Below are positions 42,173-50,011 of a DNA stretch of 50,011 bases, piece after piece. Under the pieces are notes generated by a model. The model was given only the letters and a program-made list of their open reading frames with translations, was not told the origin of the DNA and did not search any database. The stretch comes from Callorhinchus milii (taxonomy: Eukaryota): positions 1-50,011 of the forward strand of contig NW_024705384.1 in the NCBI RefSeq assembly GCF_018977255.1, written 5' to 3'. Both the position numbers and the translations under genes were made by a program. Position 1 is the stretch's first letter; every line of letters begins with the position of its first letter.

Positions 42173-42341
42173 GTCTAGATTTGAAGTTTTCGTGACTGCA
42201 AGGATCCATACTCTTTGGTTCTTTCGGTAAAGTCACGTAGGTGAAAATAATAATAAAATAAAAGTGAAAACAATTTAGTTGAAACTTATTTTATTATTAT
42301 TTTCACCCTATGTGACTTTACCGAAAGAACCAAAGAGTATG
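42173..42341. mobile_element. Foldback element copy 5 (hammerhead deleted)
   Basis: Both arms (catactctttggttctttcggtaaagtcacgtagg / cctatgtgactttaccgaaagaaccaaagagtatg) with no ribozyme core. Confidence 0.8.
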
Positions 42342-43244
42342 AACCGTGTATTTACACGATCTAACCCAAAAAGAACTGTATTATGAATGTAATGATCGCC
42401 TGCGTGTTTGCCTTGAAGTATTTTTCAGAGTCAAAAGAGGCAAGCAATCACTGTCGTATTGTGCATTTTGTCGACAAACTGAAAGAGGTCCCAAATGCAA
42501 ATAAAATGTACTGTTATGAAATAATATATATTTTTTTACTTTTTTAAAAACACGCTTTAATGGAAGAACTCCACGACTCCAGGAAGTGGTCTCGAAGCTT
42601 GCCATAACGTAAGGGACCGTGGGCAATTACAGCCAACGTCAGTTGATCGTGGACAATTAGACCCAAGCCGAAACATAACATATAAAAAATAATGTTTAAA
42701 AATATATATTTAACATTTTTAATGATAGAATATAATATTGTCATGAGTATGACATAAGTATACCAAGGTTGCAGTCGATACCACATTGGAAAGTGGGTTA
42801 ATATTTAGTTACATGATTTGAGGATACAACAACAGACAGAGTGAGTTAAATAAAAGCGTGTAAAATGGTCTTGGGCAGGAGGACACTTCAATGAATGAAG
42901 AGCAATAGTCAACATGTTTTTATTATCAGAAAGCGTAACAATGTGCAGATCCCAAAGAGACAAATGAATGAGTCCGGGCATGTTGTAGGTTATTTAAGAT
43001 TTTGGGAATTGTAACAAAATAGATGTGTTCATGTATTTTATGTGATCTTAATAATTAAATGGTTTACGGCGTAAATTAAAACAATGTAGTGTACAACTGC
43101 GATTATCATTTTAAAATATATTTTTTAAAAACGTTTGAGAATGCTATTCAATATTCTGTTAAAGAATCACCCTTAACATAAGTTAATATAATGAAAGTAA
43201 ATAGGTCTCCCAGGATACTGTACGTGATTAATAATAAGTGAAGT

Positions 43245-43477
43245 CTTCTTCTTGGTTCTTTCGGTAAAGTCACGTAGAAGGGAAATAATAAAATAATTAA
43301 AAAATAAAACATAATAACAGACCTTCACCTGAGGACGGCTGCTTGCGTTGTGGCCGAAACGTCGTGAGAATTATTTTATTGTTTTATTTTTATATTTATT
43401 ATTTCCCTTCTACGTGACTTTACCGAAAGAACCAAGAAGATGAATCCCTGCAGTCACGAAAGCTTTAAATCGAAATT
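43245..43477 (+). mobile_element. Hammerhead foldback element copy 6, with 10-bp TSD
   Basis: ~70-bp inverted arms around an intact hammerhead; taagtgaagt repeated at 43235-43244 and 43478-43487. Confidence 0.85.
43325..43367 (+). ncRNA. Minimal type I hammerhead ribozyme
   Basis: TCAC-CTGAGGA-C-GGCTGC-ttgcgtt-GTGGCC-GAAAC-GTC^GTGA; stem I TCAC/GTGA; stem III reduced to the palindrome ACGT. Confidence 0.85.
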
Positions 43478-44479
43478 TAAGTGAAGTTTTTTTTACTTTT
43501 CTAGAATACTTCTTGTATTATTGAAACTTTTTCTTTCTGTGACATCCAGCTCAAGCACGTGAATTGAGAAAGCTTGCTGGTCGTTTTTTTACACACCCTC
43601 CAGAAGGAATGCTACCACTCTGGGGCACTCCTCAATCGTATTGTTTGAGTTTGCGTGAATGACTTCCTGAATGATGAATTACTGAACGTTAACTGCACCC
43701 CAACAAACGATCAATCGTTTGTAAAATCACAAATGTAAAGTGATGCATTTCTGAAACAGCACTGCAACAGCTATAATTGTAAAACTGAATAGAGCCAATA
43801 TTTAAATTACGACCAACGTGCGTTTCGTCAAATGTCGACTAGCTTTTTTTAAAAGGTAAAAGCTATCAGGTTTAACCGGAAATGTGACGAAGCACACCCA
43901 TACAAAGACAGGCACATTCTTAAGATTCTTTCTGATTTTATTTCGTAAACATCCAAACCTAAACGCAGACAAGTAAAAATAAATGTCTAACTATAATACT
44001 ATATTTATGTAAGCACATCTTTAAACTTGTAATCATGAAAGATAATGTAATACTGTAATTAAGGCAATACATGTCAACTGCGCACAACTATGCTCTATAC
44101 ATTAGAGTTGCTTTAAAATACACTCGACTGTACATTGTATACAAAACTTCACTTACAGTACTCTATACTTTGGAGGCACTGTGGTATTATTATGCATTAC
44201 AGTATTGTACTCTTATAAGAGCCATAAAACAATGGAAAATAATGCAGCATATTTCATCCACTTCTGATATTTTTTCTGTCTTATTCGGTTCCGATTTAGA
44301 CTTCTGTAACTTTTTTGTACAATTATTTCCCAATATTATTATCATGTGAAGAGGCAAAATATCCATTCGGATTTATTGAAAAGTTACGTAACCCTTCGTG
44401 TTAGAGAATGGCGCATGGAAAGAGATATCACAGAGCTACCTCTGAGATTCCTTCAAGGCGCCACTTTCGCACAATAATT

Positions 44480-44680
44480 ATAGATTTGAAGCTTTCGTGA
44501 CTGCAAGGATTCATACTCTTAGGTTGTTTCGGTAAAGTCACGTAGGTAAAAAATAATAAAATCTGTAAAAATAGTTAATTTGGCTGTGACGGTCCCACCT
44601 GAAGACGGAGACTTGTGTTGCCTCCGAAACGTCGTGATTTAATTGAGTTATTTTCATTGATTATTATTTATTATTATTAG
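44480..44680 (+). mobile_element. Hammerhead element copy 7 (core 44596-44637)
   Basis: CAC-CTGAAGA-C-GGAGAC-ttgtgtt-GCCTCC-GAAAC-GTC-GTG, preceded by the inverted arm. Confidence 0.8.
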
Positions 44681-45044
44681 AGTATTCCCACAATGAGTGA
44701 TGTTTATCACATGGCATTCAAAGTGATGTGTTTTTTATTCTCAGGTCCGGAATTTAGCAATATTAAAGTACAGAACCAAATTGAATGTATTTTTAATGCA
44801 GTCAGTGATGACCAGACTGAGAATATAAACTCTACACATTTGAGAACAGAGTTGAATCACAGGCATATTTTATCCCCGGGTCTTGGCGGTGCCAGGTTCA
44901 CCCTTTGACCTCTGCACAACCTGAGTTCTAAAATACTTCCCTACCAATATTGCAGGAAACCAGTACATTTAAAATGACCTTCCAAGTACACATCATACAT
45001 TTTGGGTATAAACAAGTTATCAGTTTATATATGCGAAATCGCAC

Positions 45045-45726
45045 AAACCGTAGCCGCACAAAGCAAGGGAAACCTGGAAAGTCAAGCCACCATCCCTCCC
45101 CATCTTTGACTTGCGACATCGACCCACTCGCCTCAGAAACCACTCTAAAACGGCCTGTTCCATTATACCACTCGGCTCTCCGCGTTGCCTCCGACGCCCC
45201 TTATAAAATGCATCATTGCAACCTCTATATTACTGCACCTCCAATGTCTCCCTCCTCCTGGACATCTGAAGAGACCACTAACTGGGCTATCTTTATCCTT
45301 AGTCATTTTAAACAAATGTCCATCCACGCTGCTGTCCCACGTTACTGGCTGGAATGCCGTTGTCTTTCAGCTCGACTCTCTCCCCGCGCCCTCCACCAAT
45401 TCCAATCACTCAGAGCTGAAAATTCACAGTTCGGCTGCTGCACCTTGCTCCCAACCCATCAGCTGTTATTACTCGTCGCGTTCTCCTGATGGTTGTTGTT
45501 GCTTCTTTATGTTCGATCGTATTCGCTTGGCCTCGCACTGTTTATATCTAACAATTTTGTTGTTGATACATTTTTATCTATACCTGCGAGTTATTTTCTG
45601 TTGTTGCCTGTTCCTCTGTATCACTTTGATGTTGTTCTTGTTCTGTGCCGGTGCACCACGCGGATCTCCTTTGCAAATTAGCTGTGTAACTGGCTAAACG
45701 AGATTTCCCGTGTAACAAATAAATAA
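45045..45726 (+). mobile_element. LINE 3' relic (L2/CR1-group)
   Basis: LYHSALR...HHCNLY...WAIFI resembles the post-RT region of L2-group LINEs; ends in a (taaa)n tail. Confidence 0.5.
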
Positions 45727-45773
45727 GCATTGAATTGGAATTATATTCTTGCATATGCCAATATGTTCAGGAG

Positions 45774-46010
45774 TTAAAAACCAATGTCGAGGTCTGCTGA
45801 CCATGAGAGGGCTTCGATTATCACGGTTGACAACGTACAGTGCGAAAGACGTTCAACATATATGGGAGAGAGTTTGTAGAATTCTTCTATTCCTCCGCTG
45901 AAGGAGCGCAGATGACAGTGGCTTACTATATGGTATATTGTTTGAGTTGCATGGCGAAAATTGCAATGTGGCTTGTCTTTAATTTTCCATTCATGGAGAC
46001 TAACATTGTT
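45774..46010 (-). mobile_element. LINE C-terminal zinc-knuckle relic
   Basis: LHEWKIKDKPHCNFRHATQTIYHIVSHC resembles the C..QT..H...C knuckle of non-LTR retrotransposon ORF2. Confidence 0.5.
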
Positions 46011-46169
46011 TCTTGTAAACAAAATATTGTTAGAAATATTTTATTTGTTCATTACAGCAATAAATACTACAGGCAAACCAATAGTATTCATAATTACAAA
46101 GTTAATAGTTGAAAATACGTTATCTTAAAACATCACTCTCAGGATGATTATTCAATATTAACAATATGC

Positions 46170-49100
46170 TCAATTGATTAAGATTGTTAATGGGCAACAT
46201 TTGCAATACTCTGCTAAATTGCACATGTCCTCAAAATACCAGACGAAATCAGGAATGGGAGCCCTGATATATCTGCAAACAAACCCCCATTATATCCAGA
46301 GACCAAATGCAACCAATTTAAAGCTTGTAATGTTATTTATATTATAAAACTATAAGCCACAATGGAAAGTTAAAACACCACTAAAAGTACCAAAAATCGC
46401 AAGTCATTCTGAAACGCACAATCCAATACTAGAGTACTTTATTTATAGGACAATACAGTACTAAACTGGGACAGTATACAGTCATAACAAAAGCTACATT
46501 TTAGAATATTTTCATGTATTTTAAAGAAAAATCTTATTTACTTGAGGTCAAACAGAAGAAGCAAAGATGCTGATATAATTATTTGGTTTGAAAAAAAAGA
46601 ATTTTTAAAAGGTTTGAAATTGATAATTTTCATAGCCATGCATTTGTTTCAACGTTCATACTTCAAAAAGCATTTAAAGTGATATTCCGCAGTGCTTCCC
46701 TAAATGCAGCCTCTGATATGGAAACTGTTATAATCTGAACCTGGATCATTCAAATAAACAGCCTGAAGCTGGGAAATTAAACAAAGTAAAATGTAGAAGT
46801 CTGATATTTTAATATGTTGTTTGGTTATGAGCAGAGTAGAAGGCTTTATAGATTTCCTGCTGGGCATGGGTGATGTCTTCTTTTTGCTGAACATACATAA
46901 AAAAGGCCCAAATCAACATATTTAATGTCTCCACACATTATGAAACTGCAAAGGTGAAAATTCAATAAAGCTGCTGGTAAGTGAATTTAACTTACCAATT
47001 CTTTTAACAGTGTTATCTGCTTAGTTGCCATGGTTTTATTCAATACTTCCATCTGATGAGTATAAGTCAATCAAGTTGTTTAATTACATTTTTACATACG
47101 AAAAAAATATCCATCATTCGGGACAGCATGTCTTTGACAGAAAAAGTTGATGATTTATTTTAAACCACAAGTAGTGGCAATCATTTGTTAGCTTATTGTT
47201 GGGCAATTATTGCGTCGTACTGGGGTATAATTATTGGGTGTCGTACAATAAGTGGGTGCTCACAGAGCACACACGCATACATAGCAATTATCCAATAATG
47301 CAAGTTATCACAACCTAAATATGTTCTAGTTTTGCACATTTTATTCTAAGCTATCTCAACCACAGCAGTAAATCAAACGCACATTTTAATGCCATTCTAA
47401 TTCTGTCGGACTCACTGTTGAATTCATCATTGTTTTAGCAGCTTCATCTAAAGGGCAGCTCTGGTACCTCTCCGGCAGTGCACTTTTTATTCGGTGAAGT
47501 CTGTAAAAATGAAGATGAGCATCCACTTTTCATGATGAAATCTCTGTTGGTTTTATTTTAATATTTTTTAAAGTGCTTGCTGTTACTTTCAAAAGTCAAG
47601 GAGAGTCAGGTGTACAATAGTAGTTCCTCTTAGCATCTGTTAATAGTTCCACACATTTAGGCAGTACTGGCCTTATCCCACTTCTTGGTGAAGGAACATG
47701 TTACACCGCTTATTAGTGGCTACCTCAAGTTTATTCTCTGTTATTGTATTACTTGTACTCTGTGCTCATGGTGTCTAAATTAATGCCATTATAATATGCG
47801 ATCGTGCAGACTGATCTGAGACCATAATACGTTCTGAACATAGCGCTACTTTTGTATATTCATCAAAGAAACATTAACTGGCACTTGTGACCCTTATTTC
47901 GAGTTCCAGATGAATGGCCCTATAGCTAGTTTCAACAACTGTATTCGTATTCCATTTGTAATATTCACTGAAATCGTTTATATTAAGTTCACTTATAACA
48001 AATGACCATACAATAACAAATCATGTGAATTAAATTAGAAGTACAAACCTTTTGTATTGTCTTTCTCTTACATTTGCTGTTACATGAAGCTGCTCTTTAA
48101 AACAATTCTGTGAAATGAATAACCCACACCCAAAAATTAGCTTTTTAAAATCAGATATTGACCATACATGGACACATTGGAGATGATACACTATACACAC
48201 CGTAGATTTTTCTTCTAAACTGTTCAGTAAACATATATCCTCTTTTGCATTCTGCAGCTCATCAGCGATGATTTTCTTTAAGCCATTCAGTTGTCTGGTC
48301 CTGTAAAAGTAAAAACTATATGAATTTTTCTCACATTTATTTCTTCACATTTCACGACTGCCTTTTAGTTTACGTGTTTGGTAATTTCATAAGAAATCAA
48401 AAATGTCATTATGTCACATCATATCGGAGTATACTATAAAATGAGACAAATTATTTGGTGCTCGAAGCGTCGCCTATTATATTATTCTTTTTGAGGCAGT
48501 GTTGTTGACGAATTAGCAATGTGCACGTCCATTGAATGTGACCGTCCGCCGTCTGTCCCTCCCTCCAGTTAGCAAAACATTTAATACAGGATATGATATA
48601 CACTAGCACTGCAACATGCGCAAGAAACATGGCCAGGGTGGAGGGTGGGTGGCTGGCTGGAGGGTGGGTGGTTGGAGGGTGGGTGGTTGGCTGGAGGGTG
48701 GGTGGGTGGCTGGATGGTGGAAGGTGGGTGGAAGGTGGTGGCTGGATGGTGGAAGGTGGGTGGAAGGTTGGGTGGCTGGCTGGCTGGAGGGTGGCTGGCT
48801 GGCTGGAGGGAAGGTGGCTGGAGGGTGGGTGGCTGGAGGGTGGGTGGCTGGCTGGAGGGTGGGCTGGCTGGCTGGAGGGTGGGTGGCTGGCTGGAGGGTG
48901 GGTGGAGGGTGGGTGGGGTGGCTGGCTGGAGGATGGGCGGGTGGAGGGTGGGTGGCTGGCTGGAGGTGGGTGGGTAGGTGGGTGGCTGGAGGTGGGTGGC
49001 TGGCTGGAGGGTGGGTGGGTAGATGGGTGGCTGGAGGGAGGGTGGGTGGGGTGGGGGGGGAAGCGTGACGTCGCCACACATGAACTCGGCTCAACACTGT

Positions 49101-49650
49101 GGGATATGGGTGACATCACGCAGATTGGCGTGGTGACATCATTTTTCCACTCGCGCGCCAGCCAGTAAAACAAAAAAATATTAATATAGTAACACACAGT
49201 ATTATTACAAGATAACTATGCTTTTTTAATGAAAGAAAATAAATACCTTTGCTCTTTCATTCTTCTCCATATGTCCTTCATATGCTTCCTGCAATACTTA
49301 CATAGCCTGTGGTGAATCTTGCGATTTTTGCGCACTTATTCTATTAAATAAAATGTTATTATTTATATTAGGTTATTTAGCATAACGTATTGTTACAGCA
49401 ATCAAAATTATTAGACAAAACACATGTAATAGGATGTGGTTCATTCTAAATTATGTTATTCAAATGCATGACTACGAACACATTCTGGCTTTGATATGGC
49501 AAATGTATTCATAGTAAGAGGGCACAAATTACCATCAATTTATGTTTAACAGCATTCCCAAAGTCAGCCAAGACTCTCCAATGTTGTCCTCCACATTTGT
49601 ATTCATATCACGCTCATTATCTTAAAGATGTAGGTGTGCCTTCACATTCT
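46170..49650 (-). pseudogene. Possible decayed multi-exon gene, unidentified
   Basis: Several ~95-120-nt blocks with minus-strand AG/GT boundaries (about 46662-46761, 48201-48300, 49247-49340, 49533-49648), all with in-frame stops. Confidence 0.3.
48632..49060. repeat. G-rich degenerate tandem repeat (ggctggagggtgggt)n
   Basis: Directly visible; produces the spurious PPASH/GGW ORFs. Confidence 0.95.
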
Positions 49651-50011
49651 GCAATAAAAATGTAAACAATGTGGAGCGATGGTAAAGTGTTTCGTGAAAG
49701 GTGCAATAAACCCGGAGACTGGAGTGTGATTCCAGGCTATGGCTGGTATCACTCATATCACTCGTCAGTAGTAAATGACATGATTAGCACAGTTGGCTAA
49801 GGCACAAAAGAAGCTCAATGTGCATACATGTTAACCGATCATTGGAAACCCCACCTCACCAACCCACACTGACCAGTGTGATGAAGTATGGGAAGGACTT
49901 TATCCAACAATGGATTGATAAAGGGCTGTAAATTATTGTTATATAGATTATTCCTTTATGGCATTATGCATAAAATAAAATATCATACCGAGGTTGTAAA
50001 TGGGGCTTGGC

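Noticed and set aside
48451..49197. Pro/His-rich and Gly/Trp-rich ORFs
   Set aside because: Translations of a G-rich tandem repeat.

Overview
Eukaryotic, repeat-rich vertebrate genomic DNA; the repeat content and GC-rich exons suggest a lamprey (inference). 1-15.9 kb: the last nine coding exons of a KLHL20-like BTB-BACK-Kelch gene (+). It has a 2-nt frameshift in the first Kelch exon and unusual substitutions in the Kelch loops; its introns are full of SINEs, MITEs and foldback elements. 16.0-21.3 kb: a decayed Gypsy LTR retrotransposon (-), cut by a 30-N gap. 21363-26570: a 5.2-kb block unlike its surroundings, with no ORF over ~110 aa, no host repeats, many hairpins and repeated degenerate group I intron-like core motifs (GACTA...TAGTC in P3/P4/P5/P8 order). 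This is the main candidate for something new, but it was read by eye and may be foreign or artefactual. 26.6-42 kb: satellites, a 0.8-kb palindrome and a second Gypsy element with a 1199-aa pol whose two LTRs do not match; its 3' LTR is interrupted by a Helitron-like element and a decayed Penelope element. Across the window there are seven copies of a short foldback element; six carry a minimal hammerhead ribozyme and two have clear target-site duplications. 42-50 kb is AT-rich, with LINE relics and possible decayed exons on the minus strand.
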